Part shown: positions 1-12,480 of the stretch, one piece after another | How positions within the stretch are numbered: the first letter of the stretch is position 1 | Layout: each line of letters begins with the position of its first letter | Assembly (NCBI RefSeq): GCF_006345805.1 | Contig: NC_043002.1 | Location: 115,444,001-115,508,000, forward strand | Length of the DNA stretch: 64,000 nucleotides | Source: Octopus sinensis | Lineage: Eukaryota | Direction of reading: 5' to 3' | Translations under genes and position numbers: made by a program | Notes under the pieces: generated by a model | The model's database searches: none | Told to the model about the DNA's origin: nothing | What the model saw: only the letters and a program-made list of their open reading frames with translations

Positions 1-649
1 TCATTTAAGCGTTAGGAAATGAAATTAAGATTAAAACAGAAATATTTAACAGCTGCTCCATCAATAAATATTATTTACACTTAAATTGATCATGAGATCA
101 AGAAGAAATTTCAGCTTTAACTTACGGTTATCATTATGCTGCTCCAATGACGACACGGCTTCAACAAGCGGAGGAAGTCCCATTCATTTAATATTCATCA
201 ATTTCAAATAGAAGTGAAGCCATGTATGTTAACGAAATTAAAAATTCCGACAAGTCTTAAAGCAATTTTTTTTTTCCCATCTAAAAATTTTATTAAAAGC
301 ATTGCTGAATCTTCACTTCAAGAGATATCCTGCAAAGGTTGTGTTAACAAACAAAAAGTTGAGTGGCATTTTTTTAAATGTAAAATTTAAACAAATGAAA
401 AACGGAAAATAATAAAAATGCAGCACAAAATATATTTTGCAAATTCAGAGAATATTACTCAGAGTTTCACGTAACCGATCATCAGGCAATCATGAGAATG
501 ATTGTTTTATATAATGACGACGGTCTAGTGATCGGTTACATGAAACTCTGAGTAACAGTTTGTGAAGTCTTTTCAGCTTCTACAAAATACTATTTTATTT
601 TTGGTATTGGTATTCGAGTACTACTTTCTCCACCTTACTTACCATTTAT

Positions 650-713
<64 letters not shown>

Positions 714-796
714 TCTCTCTCTCTCACATACACACACACAGATATATATATATTTTTCTTCCAGCGCTGACTTATATATATATATATATATATATA

Positions 797-1995
797 TCGG
801 GCATCCCATAAATAATGCGGCTTTTTATACTTCTTTTATTTTTCAAAATTAAGATAAACAAAGTTCATTTTTAATATCAAATATACTCTCCTTCTACGAG
901 GCACTTCCCATCTATCTAGTAGACTTGCAAGGCCCCTCTTCCAAAATTCACTTGCCCGTGACGAAAAATACTACTCCAGTACTGTTCTGACCTCTTCAAC
1001 AGAATTCATATTTTTTCCGCCCTCAGAGAGGACAATATCCGGCGAATATGGTGGGAGGGGGATAAATAGTTTTCCACTCAAGCTGCTCTAGCCTTTGAAA
1101 TATCATCTTCGATGTATCTGAGCATTATCCTGATTGAAAAACACCTTTCATCGTGAAACCAAAGATGGTCATTTTTCTTAAGCCGCCCAAGCTGCTCGCA
1201 GCTGATCTCCTTTGTTATCGTTTGGTTTGGGTCTAAAAGTTTAAAGTGGACTAAACCTTTAATATCCCACCAAACAGATAACAACACCTTACGTGGGTGA
1301 AGACCTTCTTTAGCCTGGAGTGCCGGTGTTTCTCCTTTCTCTACCTGCTGTCTTCGGCACTTGACATTTTTATAGAGAACCCATTTCTCGTCATCCAAAA
1401 CGATTCATTCGTGAGACATGACCACAAAGAAGAGCACACATTCCCTCTCTGCGCACGATTAGAAACGGAAAGTTTGTGAGGAACCCATTGACCCAATTTG
1501 CTGACTTTTCCGATTGCACGCAGGTGTCGATGAATGGTTAAATGACCAAATCCAAGCTTCTCTGCTAGTTTCTCAACAGTTAAGATGGGATTTTGTTTCA
1601 CCAGGCTATGCCCAACGTCCTCGACGAGCTCTTCACATCTACCAGATCGAGGCTCGTCTTCTTGGCTGTAGTTTCCGGCTCGGAATTTCTGGAACCACCG
1701 TTGACACTGACTTATGCTTATTGTCCGATCCCCATATAATGCACTAATATTCCTCACACTTTCCATTGTGTTATTGCCTTTATTGAACTCATAAAACAAA
1801 ATATGCCGAATATGCTCCTTTGTCACTTCCATTATAGATGTGAAAAAATAACTGTTAAAATCGAACTGCACTCTTCAGAACTTGCGCTAAGAATAAGTAC
1901 AAAGTAAAATTACTTCCTGCTTTTATAGCAAGTTGATGCAGATAGTTTACCCCGTCCCACTCCGACCTGTAGTGCATACAAATGAAAAAATACGC
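797..1995 (-). mobile_element. Degenerate mariner (DD34D) transposon; frameshifted transposase ~870-1826
   Basis: ORFs 1341-1871 and 1078-1398 give the HTH region (EHIRHILFYEF..QCQRWFQKFR..EDEPRSGR), WVPHKL, DEKWVLY and KVLLSVWWD; YSPD is read at ~1040. The left end TA|TCGGGCATCCC is TIR-like; the right TIR matches only partly. Confidence 0.9.
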
Positions 1996-2084
1996 ATTAA
2001 CAAAAGAAAGAAAGAGACCTCAATATTATGTAAATAGAGGAAAATTATCTGTAAAATAATATGTGACAATTATTCGGTAGCCAA

Positions 2085-2145
2085 GATAAAACTCTAAGTT
2101 TCGGATGCCGAGGTGGAAATCCACACCATCATCTCTTCGGTTATC
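2085..2145 (-). ncRNA. Type I hammerhead-ribozyme-like motif (CCGAAGA core variant) in a probable Penelope-like 3' remnant
   Basis: Minus strand: gataa-CCGAAGA-gatg..catcc-GAAA-cttagag-UU-ttatc. Stem I extends to gcca/tggc around one bulge. Confidence 0.6.
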
Positions 2146-2378
2146 TGGCCATCTGAAAAAACGCTATGAAAAAAGGGAAATGACTGTGTTATAGTCCGCT
2201 ACTTATACAAAAGCGCTAATTCGAATGACCGCTAATTAAGATAAGGTTAAAAGTTCATAGTAAACACGTAAACATGCCTCTTCATACGTACACATGTGCG
2301 CTCGTGCACCCACGTGCGTACGTATACATCACTATGAAAACGTACACATCTTCACTCACATTTTTCGCCGAATGTATA

Positions 2379-2426
<48 letters not shown>

Positions 2427-2537
2427 TTTTTCTTCCTTAAAGTGTCGTCTTCTAATTATATCAAGACCTTACAGAAATATCGTATGGCTTCTTTTGACAA
2501 CTCAAAGACTACGCGTAAGAACGACATAATAGAAGTG

Positions 2538-2589
<52 letters not shown>

Positions 2590-2772
2590 ATCAAAATAAG
2601 CAATAGGATATCCAGAGTTGATGCAGTACGACCGTTTCAAGCGGGTCCATTAATTGAACAATGCAATCATTACATCATGCACGCACACACACACACACAC
2701 ACACACACATACATACATACATCCATACATACATGCATGCATGCATACATACATACTACATACATACATACA

Positions 2773-2879
<107 letters not shown>

Positions 2880-2919
2880 TCTTTAATAATTAGTGTATTG
2901 TAAAAATGTCTAAAGATAT

Positions 2920-4201
2920 TGTTACGCCGCCGGGCGCTGAACTCGGGACCCTACAACCCTACGCCGTCCGGGTCGATAACGAGCCCTAAGTCGCGACGAC
3001 GATCACGCTCAGTCAAACGGAAGTCCACCACTGAAAGCGGGGGTGGACAGCGAACGCAAGCCAGAAACCGAAGACAACAACAACAAAGGAGAGAGACAGC
3101 GGAGGCAACGTAATTTAACAGCTTTTATACTTCACAAAATCAATCAAAACATTTCAAATACATTTAAAAACAAAAGCATTTAACCACAAGGTTAACAGAC
3201 ATTTAACAGATCGTGCACAGAGTTAAAAAAAAAAAGGAACAATCAATGGCATTCAGCAAAATACAACGTCCGACAACAATCAAAACAATACAGAATTTGG
3301 AAAACAATCGAAATAAATAGTCTTTCTCTTTTCTTTTCACAGTTTACAGTCTCTTTCTCTTTCCTTTTCTCCTCCTTCCAACACAATGTTCTTTTTCTTT
3401 CCCTTTTCTTAATTTTCTTTTCAACAGATTATGTCACAGATTCCCCATAGTTTTACAATCAAAAGATCAAAGCTCAAAACACAAATTGAAACGTAAATAA
3501 ACACCACCGGCGCATATTCCGTCCGCAACACTTTCTGAGCCCACTACAAATTTTCATCTCGCTAACTGACCGTCTCTCGTACCTGTCCCTTCACTGTCAT
3601 CTTCTTCACTGCCTCTATCTGTCTCTCGCAGTCTTCATCTCTTGGCTGCTGCCTGTCTTCCTCACTTCACCGTTGTCATCTCCTGGCTAGCTGTCCGCAT
3701 CGACTGACCGTCTCTCCCAACTACCCTGTTGCCAACTCAACTCCTCTTGCCAACTGCACCTCTCGCCAACTGAATCCCGTCGCATTTATAGGGTAAGGCG
3801 GTGAGCTGACAGAAAGGTTAGCACGCCGGGCGAAATGCGTAGCCGTATTTCGTCCGCCGTTACGTTCTGAGTTCAAATTCCGCTGAAGTCGACTTTGCCT
3901 TTCATCCTTTCGGGGTCGATAAATTAAGTACCAGTTACGCACTGGGGTCGATGTAATCGACTTAATCTCTTTGTCTGTCCTTGTTTGTCCCCTCTGTTTG
4001 TAGCCCTTTATGGGCAGTAAAGAAATATTTATAGGGTGGCATTTTTATTTTTTTATAACCTTTCCCTGACCGTGTAGGGATCAAATGCCACTTCCTAACC
4101 TCAATATTTACCGTTGCCGTTGACAAGACAAAGGATTTTTTTGTCGTCCTGAACAACTGGAGCGCCGGTTCAACTCCAACCAACGGAACTAGGGCATAAT
4201 G
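2920..4201 (-). mobile_element. Probable solo LTR interrupted by a SINE
   Basis: Short inverted termini tgttacgcc (2920) and ggcataatg (4201). TATA-like cctataaat on the minus strand, no coding region, no TSD found. Confidence 0.5.
3795..4026 (+). mobile_element. tRNA-derived octopus-type SINE (family A) with 11-bp TSD
   Basis: ggcggtgagctg..gttagcacgccgggcgaaatg head shared with many copies in the window. TSD atttatagggt at 3784-3794 and 4027-4037. Confidence 0.85.
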
Positions 4202-6213
4202 TTTTCCCGTTACTTTTACCTCCGTAACAATATATTTAGTTTCTTCTCGCTAAATTCAGAGTTCCAGTTTCCGACGCTCGACGGTCGTCATTCCAAAAGT
4301 ATGACCTTCTCATTTATATCTAGACCTTACAGAAGTATCGTATGGCTTCTTTTGACAACTCAAAGACTACGCCTTAAGGAAGAAAAAGAGATATATTGGG
4401 ATGTTTGTTCCCAATATATTTCGTAAGACAACGATCCTCAAGTTTCTTTTAGCGCCAAACCCATTTTCCAAAGTGGTCAGAGTGACTCTCACTCTGATTT
4501 TAACACGACATTAAATGAAACAAAAATTGTTTGAGAGAGAAAATATATTCATAAGAAAACAATTTATTTTGAAAATGGCAAGTAGCATTTGTTTTATAAA
4601 ATACTTTTTATTGAATATTTTGTCGCGGAACACCGGAATGTTTTCACGAAATCCACTTTGAGAAACTTTGCTCTAGGTGATAAGCAACATAACAGAAGAC
4701 TGTTGGTAGAAGCATACTTCTTGTTCTAACTTAAATGTTCATCTAATATCTCTCTATGATGCATATCCTCAAGATTTACTTCTTTTTTTCTTTATTGCAT
4801 TCTCTTCCAAGGAATTTGAATGGAAGATGTTGGTAGCACAGTGACAGCATTGATTTTCAAATGTTCTCAGCGAAAATAGCAATTGTTAGACTTTGTTATT
4901 AATTTGTTTTACGACTAAAGCGATGGCAGAATTGTTAAAACGTCGGACAAAATGCATCACGACATTTCTCCCGGCTTTTACGTTCTAAGTTCAAATTCCA
5001 TCATGGTCAGCTTTGCTTTCATCCGCCGGGGTCAATGAAATAAGTACCACTTGAACATTTGCAACAATATGACTCCTAAAAAATTGCCGTAAGAATTTGA
5101 AACCATTCCATTATCTCTATTTTTTTGACTGAGCCATCGAAAATTGCTGCGTTTATTTTTCGGACGTGACGTCTTCCCGCATACTTGTCTTCCCATTTTA
5201 AGCGCAGAATGATCCATATGCCTTTCCAAAATTCTGCTTCATAAATATTTTGCTATAATTTTCTAACATGGCAAAATTATTTTCGGTCAAAGGAGTAATG
5301 GATAAAGGAGAAAATGTTCCTATATTACCTCCTATCCCCGTCGTTCAACAATTGTCACTCCTGTAACAAAAGAACGTGACGTAACTGTAGGTGAAACTAA
5401 GTTTGAAGATATACAACTTTGTGACTCACAAAGCGTTAACATGAACAACAACAAAACCAACAACGAACTCAAAAACAAAATTAACAAACGTAACGTAAAG
5501 AGAAATATGTTGGAGCTAAATAACCACAGGTCCTCATTTAGGATCCCAGTGAAGGGGAAGGACGACATAGCAAATTAATTAAAGGCTGCTGGAACAACCT
5601 GGGTCATACCTCGAAGGAATCAGACGGTGCAAATTGCGCTTAACCAAGAGAACAATGATTCTAATAAAATTTGTACAATCTTGGCCCTTACTTGAATTCA
5701 AGAAGTGAAATTTCTAGACGCTGCCTTTATGAAAGAACGTTCGTTTTGAAACGCTGTCTTCCCCATTTTCGGATTAGAGAACGGAAAAACCGCACGCTGG
5801 CATATCTGCTCCACTTCGACAACAGCTGGAATCTCCCGAAAAGTGTTAGGTTTATTTCGTTTCGTTCGGTTTTTGTTTTTTTTCACCACCAAACTGACCC
5901 AGTCTGGATATTTACCTCCATCAGAGGCTATGTACTTCCGGTTCGCATGTCTGATGAGTCGTCTATATTGCGAAGTGCAGTAGTAGAGGTGAGACCAATG
6001 GTAACTTTCTCACCGGTTATATGTCGTAACAAAAGATATACTACTCGAATACATAAAAGTATAACTGCTCAAAATTTCTTTTAGAGTGTGCCATTTTTTT
6101 TTACTTAGGGACAACTGACGATGATAGATAGAGATTTCTATTAATATATAGATAAATATACATTTACATATATAATTAACATGCTTCTTTGTATACATAT
6201 ATATATACATATG

Positions 6214-6263
<50 letters not shown>

Positions 6264-6474
6264 AATATGTATATATATATAATATATATATATATTATAA
6301 TAAATATTGGGAATATATCCAAATTTACAGGGAAAAAAATCAGATTTAGGATTAAATCCAATTTTATAGTAAAATATTATAAAATATTATTTGAGACAAA
6401 ACCACTATTTTGCAAAACAAACAAGGAAAGACTTAATCAATACATAAAATTTAGTAAATAGTCAAAAAAAACCG

Positions 6475-6517
6475 CCACTACAATCGTTTCTTGTCTTGAT
6501 CGACAATCTTCAGGTGG
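6475..6517 (-). ncRNA. Minimal type I hammerhead ribozyme (left arm copy)
   Basis: Reverse complement of the motif at 7392-7434. Confidence 0.8.
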
Positions 6518-7391
6518 ACTTCCAATCTAAAAAATCAAAATTTTAAAATATAAAAATAATACTTTTAAATAATTAAAGTATAATGAAAAATATAAGTATA
6601 TAATCCATATATAACCTATATATAATCCTATCGAAAATATAGACTAATTACCACGAATTCCCTAAAAAAAACCATGATAACAAACTCTTAAAACATATAA
6701 CGATAAATCTCCCTTTGCTAAACTCTATAACACCTATAAAGTAAACCCCCTAACTAAACATTCACACACAAATACACACACGTAAACCACAGACTCACGA
6801 CTTATACACATACCTATACAACTTATAAACCTCAATATAACCAAAACCCACTCCCTCCACACACAGACAAATTAAACATACATCCCAAAACCTAAATAAC
6901 AAACCCATATACACATTCACACACAAAACACAACACTCACACGCAAAAACACCACACACAAAAGATACATATACTCCCTCACATATACGCCTATACATAC
7001 TCACTAAACTCGACATATACAACAATACTACACACCCAAAAAACATTATATACATTTATAGCTTTAACTCACCTTAGCATCTCTAACAACAACTTGCAGT
7101 AACCAATCCCATTCTCTATGCCTACCTCACTACTACACTATTCCATTCACATTCCAAGCAACGCTAGTCCACCACCCGGTTATTCACGTGCAAAACGAAC
7201 ACCACTCAAAAATATGAATGAAACAATGTAAAAAAATAACCAACACCTAAAATAGACAAAATAGTCTATATTTTCGATATGGATTATAATAGGTTATATA
7301 TGGATTATATACTTAATTTTTTCATTTATACTTTAATTATTTAAAAGTATTATTTTTATATTTTAAAATTTTGATTTTTTTAATTGGAAGT

Positions 7392-7434
7392 CCACCTGAA
7401 GATTGTCGATCAAGACAAGAAACGATTGTAGTGG
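7392..7434 (+). ncRNA. Minimal type I hammerhead ribozyme, canonical core
   Basis: ccac-CTGAAGA-ttgtc(gatcaa)gacaa-GAAA-cgattg-TA-gtgg: 4-bp stem I, 5-bp stem II, near-palindromic stem III, GUA cleavage triplet. Confidence 0.85.
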
Positions 7435-7526
7435 CGGTTTTTTTGACTATTTATTAAATTATGTATTGATTAAGTCTTTCCTTGTTTGTTTTGCAAATAG
7501 TGGTTTTGTGTCTCAAATAATATTTT

Positions 7527-7581
<55 letters not shown>

Positions 7582-7608
7582 TATATATATATATATATAT
7601 AATATATA

Positions 7609-7995
7609 CTAGCAGCATCGCCCGCGTTGCTCGGGTTGTAAGAGAAATACTATACAGCATTTTTAGAGAGTTATAGCCAAAAAATAGCAAAAAAATGCAT
7701 TAAAAATGGAAAAAATATGATGGTAAATTTTTTTTTTAAATCGTTGACTCATCGTAAACATTTTAAGAGAGTTACTTTCCTTTAAAAAAATATGCATGAA
7801 AATGGAAAAAAATGATGGTAAATTATTTTTAAAATCGTACTCATCGTAGACGCGCGCTAATACCCAGAAGGGCTCGATATGAATCACGACTGTAAGATAC
7901 CCGGTTTTGGTTAAACTGCACCGCAAAGTGTGGGAGTATATAGGAATCTAAATCGAAGGGGACAGACACTCACACAACTACAGTTTTATATATAA
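7609..7995 (-). mobile_element. Non-autonomous Helitron
   Basis: Minus 3' end cccgagcaacgcggg hairpin followed by CTAG|T. The 5' part reads tatatataaaactgtagttgtgtg. There is an internal imperfect duplication. Confidence 0.7.
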
Positions 7996-9730
7996 TATAT
8001 ATATATATATATATAATATATATATATATATTATATATATATATATTATGTAAAAAAAAAATACAAACTGGGACAAGAACGCAAAACATTTAGAAGACGA
8101 TACAAAAAACACGGACGGGACATTCGAAGCCTTCAATCTTCAGTCAAGAACCGGACCATCCTCGCAATTTCCGCTGATATATGTATGTATGTATGTATGT
8201 ATGTATATCAACATATTTCTATGAGTATATGTGTGTGTGCGTGCGTATACATATTAGCGTACATACGTACGTACGTATGCATGTATGTATGTATGAATGT
8301 ATGCACGCATACTTACAAATATATTGCTTGGCCTTTGATAGGGCCTTTGATAGAGTCAAAGAAATACCAACATGATATATTGTGTGTCTAGAGCATTTTT
8401 AGACTTGTCAGAGCTCATTTCTCTCCTGGTCTCGACCAGAGCCAACTTCTTGCAGAAGTGGGGAGATATAGACAGACAAACAGACAGAAAGAATCGATTC
8501 CAGGAAAGAACTGGTACTTTATTCATCGATCATGAAAGAATTAATATCAACTTTGTCCCTTTCGGTATTTGAACTCAGCGCACAGCGAACTGGAACCAAA
8601 ATTCCAAAGCAGTCAATCCAACTGTCTAACATTTCAGTAAATTCCTCGTCTCATATACATACAATACAATACATATAGATGTATAGATGTATGTGTGCGT
8701 GGATATGCCTGTTCACACACACACACACGACGGCGACGACGAATAGCTTTTTCCTGATAAAGATATAGTTTTTAACTTCTTTTCTAATGCGTGTTGTGAC
8801 GGAATTCAACTGACAAATATCTGAAGAATTAAACTATAAAAATTGAATGAAGATGAATGCCAAATCCAAGTTCAGGAAAATAAAACGAGCCAGCAACTAT
8901 ATTTTTTACACGTGTAAATAAAATATTGATTACTTCTAAGTCGTATACCTGATATTCTTCAGCGTGTATTGTTTTGTGTTTAGAAGGAGGAAATGCGTAA
9001 TAAATGTCTTGCTGAGATTGTTAAAGATAGAAGAAAGAAAATGTAGGCTTTTCTTAGGAGTTTTATTTCATTGTTACATTGTAGTTAAACATCAAAGAAA
9101 TTGTATTACTGTCAAATACCCATCAATACAAAAATGTGTGTCAAAGGTATTCTGGGCCTTGGTTATTGTCAATAGAAAAATATGATTCAATCAAGACTAT
9201 CCTGTTGGTCTGTGATATGCAATATTGGAATAACTTTCTTATCTTGAAAATTATATTCTAGAACGTTGGTTATCTTCTTTCTTTTATCATTTACTTGTTT
9301 CAATCATTGGACTGCGACCGTGCTGGGGCAACACTTTGAAGGGTTTAGTCGAACAAATCAATGCCAGTACGTAATTTTTTTAAAGCCTGGTACTTCTACA
9401 AGTGTCTTTTGTCAGACCGCTAAGTTATTAAAAGGTAAACAAACCAACACCGGTCGACAAACGCAAACACAGAGACGCCCCATAATTGTAAACATATACA
9501 TATGCATATATCCGATGGGCTAGTTTCTGTTTCTGTCTACCAAATCCACTCTCAAGAGTTTATTCGGCCTGTGGTTGACAACACCTGCTCATGGTGCTAC
9601 ACAGTGGGACTGAACCTGGAACCATGTGGTTAGGAAGTAAACCATGTCTGCACATATTTCGCGATTTTCATTTAGTTTAATCCTTTAGTATGCATCATTT
9701 CCAGTCGGTAGCTAATAATAGAGTAACTCT

Positions 9731-10165
9731 AAGGTGGTGAGCTGGCAAACTCGTTAGCACACCGAGCAAAATGCTTAGCGGTATTTCGTCCGTCTTAACT
9801 TTCTGCGTTCAAATTCTGCCGAAGTCGACTTTACCTTCCATACTTTCGGGGTCAATAAATTGAATACCAGTTGCGTACTGGGATCGATCTAATCGACTGG
9901 CCCCCTCCCCAAGAATTTCGTGCCTTGTGCCTAGAATAGAAAACAATATTACAGTAACTGTAAGGCGGTGAGACTCGTTAGCACAAATGCAAAATGCTTA
10001 GCAGTATTTCGTTCGTCTTAACTCTCTGCGTTCAGATTCCTCCGAAGTCGACTTTACCTTTCATTCTTTCGGTGTCGTTAAAATAAGTACCAGTAGAATA
10101 GTGGAGTCGATATAATAGACTTACCCACTCCTCGAACTCGCTAGCCTTGTGCCAAAATTTGAATT
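9731..10165 (+). mobile_element. Two tandem family A SINE copies
   Basis: Heads at 9731 and 9961 match the 3795 copy. Confidence 0.8.
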
Positions 10166-10469
10166 CAGTATTGTGGTAATTCTTTTTAAGGTTTACTTTG
10201 TTAAGGACGTTGAATACAAGAGCGAAAAACTAAACTCAAACGTGAAAAATAAAGAATGTCTATGGAACCAAAGTGTGATAACAATGACATAAGTGTGGAG
10301 AAATATAGTTGGTTACCCAACGTATCCTCTGGACTGCATTGAGTTCAAAACAAAAACACCTCGCATTCCAAGTTCCATAACATCATTTTTGTTGATTTGA
10401 TTCTGAAATTACCCTTTAAAATAAATGATCAAGTCGGTGCTAATATCATCATCAAGATCCCTTCAACTG

Positions 10470-10760
10470 ATGCAGCCAGTCGTTGGGTTGACACTTTATA
10501 CGTTTTCATAGTCAGCCGTCGCCACTGGTCCCTATTTTCTGTCATGCACAGCAAGTTCACTGTGTTGTGACCTGGCCAGTCCTTGATGTTGTCAAACCAG
10601 GACTTCTCTTTCGCCCTCCATCACCTGTGTCCTGAAGAATGATTTTGAACAAGGAGTTGCGGCGGGATACATAACCATATCAGAAAAGCTTCCGTCTCTT
10701 TACCTGCACAAGGACTGTTTCCTGTCTGCCAACGTATTTGATGATTTGCTGCCTGACATT
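10470..10760 (-). mobile_element. RTE LINE 3' fragment
   Basis: Degenerate minus translation VKRRKL..GYVSRRNSLFKIILQ resembles the RTE ORF2 C-terminus. Confidence 0.5.
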
Positions 10761-10961
10761 TGAGCACAAGTTAAAATACAAGTGGATCAGTTAATTATTT
10801 TATTCAACATATTCCCCTCTCAGATTCATACACTTATAGCAGCGTCCTTCAGTCTTTCTAAGCCCTGTAAAAGAACAAGGAAAGTTGGGCCTCCAGCCAG
10901 GCCTTTCGTGACACCCCTAAATCCAGGAATTTTCAGCACCCACCTTGTACATACAGAATTT

Positions 10962-11352
10962 TGTGTGGTAAGTAGCTCGCTAACCAACCACATGGTTCCG
11001 GGTTCAGTCCCACTGCGTGGCATCTTGGGAAAGTGTCTTCTGCTATAGCCCCGGGCCGACCAATGCCTTGTGAGTGGATTTGGTAGACGGAAACTGAAAG
11101 AAGCCTGTCGTATATATGTATATATGTGTATATGTTTGTGTGTGTGTGTGTGTTTGTGTGTCTGTGTTTGTCCCCCTAGCATTGCTTGACAACCGATGCT
11201 GGTATGTTTACGTCCCCGTCACTTAGCGGTTCGGCAAAAGAGACCGATAGAATAAGTACTGGGCTTACAAAGAATAAGTCCCGGGGTCGATTTGCTCGAC
11301 TAAAGGTGGTGCTCCAGCATGGCCGCAGTCAAGTGACTGAAACAAGTAAAAG
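10962..11352 (+). mobile_element. Octopus-type SINE family B
   Basis: ggttccgggttcagtcccactgcgtggc..gtggatttggtagacggaaactgaaagaagcc..gactgaaacaagtaaaag. Related copies at ~9290-9645(-), 23800-24125(-), 31605-31965(+) and 49740-50105(-). Confidence 0.85.
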
Positions 11353-12311
11353 AGTATATATATATATATAAATGGCAGTGCCCCAGCATGGCCACAGCTC
11401 GTGAGCTGAAACTAGATAAAATAAAATTTTAAAATTTTAAAAAAAAGATATATATATATACACACACACACACACATATATATACATACGCACGCATAAA
11501 CACACACTTGCACATACTAAAAGATATCTCAGTTAAACGTTTCGAAAAAAAACTTTTTTTCTGAACCAGAACGAAATTTAAGGAGGCTTGTATTTACATA
11601 AAAGATACTCAGTTGCGCGCGCGCGTGTGCGTGTGTGTATACATGTGTGTGTGGGGGGGGATTATTTTCTCGGAAAAGTTTGCACGCAGAGCTCAATTCC
11701 TCCGCAGCCATTTTTGAAGATTGAAAGAGGCACATGTGACGACTCTATGAGTCCCTGGTTCTATGAGCAAGTTCCTATTATGTAATTTAATTTGTTCGTA
11801 AGATCGTTGTAAAATTATATATCCTCTATATTTCCCACATTTGAATAATCTTGGGTGGGGTGGAACTGAATCACACACGATCATATACATACAGCTTATT
11901 GGTTAAAGGGTCACAATCGGAAGATCGTGATTTCTGTGCCTGGACCGGGCGTCGCGCTCTTGAGCAAAACACTTTACATTGCCATTGCGATCCCTTCGGC
12001 ACCTGACGTGTGGCACACGATGCACCTACCCAGGCAACGTCGATTTGATAGATAGAGTGAACACAAATAGAGAGAGCACAGCACAAATATTTGATCACTT
12101 TAAACAATCATTTGTACAGGTTGTTCAGCAAGGAACTGTGAAATCCTCATCTGTCATCAACTACAGGAGAGTTCACAACATATATATATATATACATATA
12201 TATATAGAGAGAGAGAGAGAAAAAAATAGGGGGCGAGGGGAGGGAGAGTGGTGGAGAGACGGGGAGAGAGAGAAATAAAGTAGTCACCATATTTCATATT
12301 TCATAACTGCC

Positions 12312-12383
12312 ATCTCTGAAGAGCACAGAGTTACATAATCGGACAATTACCTAACTCACCCTGGGGAAACCGATCGGTAACAT
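12312..12383 (+). ncRNA. Degenerate hammerhead-like motif
   Basis: atct-CTGAAGA-..gagtta/taactc..-GAAA-ccgatcgg-TA-acat. The core and palindromic stem III are intact; stems I and II are mismatched. Confidence 0.5.
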
Positions 12384-12415
12384 CAGCCGCATTGGATATA
12401 TACTGTACACTTCGA

Positions 12416-12477
<62 letters not shown>

Positions 12478-12480
<3 letters not shown>

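Larger units (their letters stand above)
6290..7529. mobile_element. Non-coding Penelope-like remnant with inverted ~268-bp arms (6378-6646 / 7262-7529)
   Basis: The arms are reverse complements read base by base and each carries a hammerhead core. The inverted pLTR layout is established for Penelope-like elements. Confidence 0.75.

Noticed and set aside
3795-3870. tRNA-like SINE heads considered as tRNA genes
   Set aside because: They continue into SINE bodies, occur in many diverged copies, and show no complete cloverleaf.
5303-5577. Open plus-strand frame (RRSTIVTPVTKERDVTVGETKF...) and hydrophobic minus ORF 5332-5568
   Set aside because: No convincing splice sites or start, and no recognisable family.
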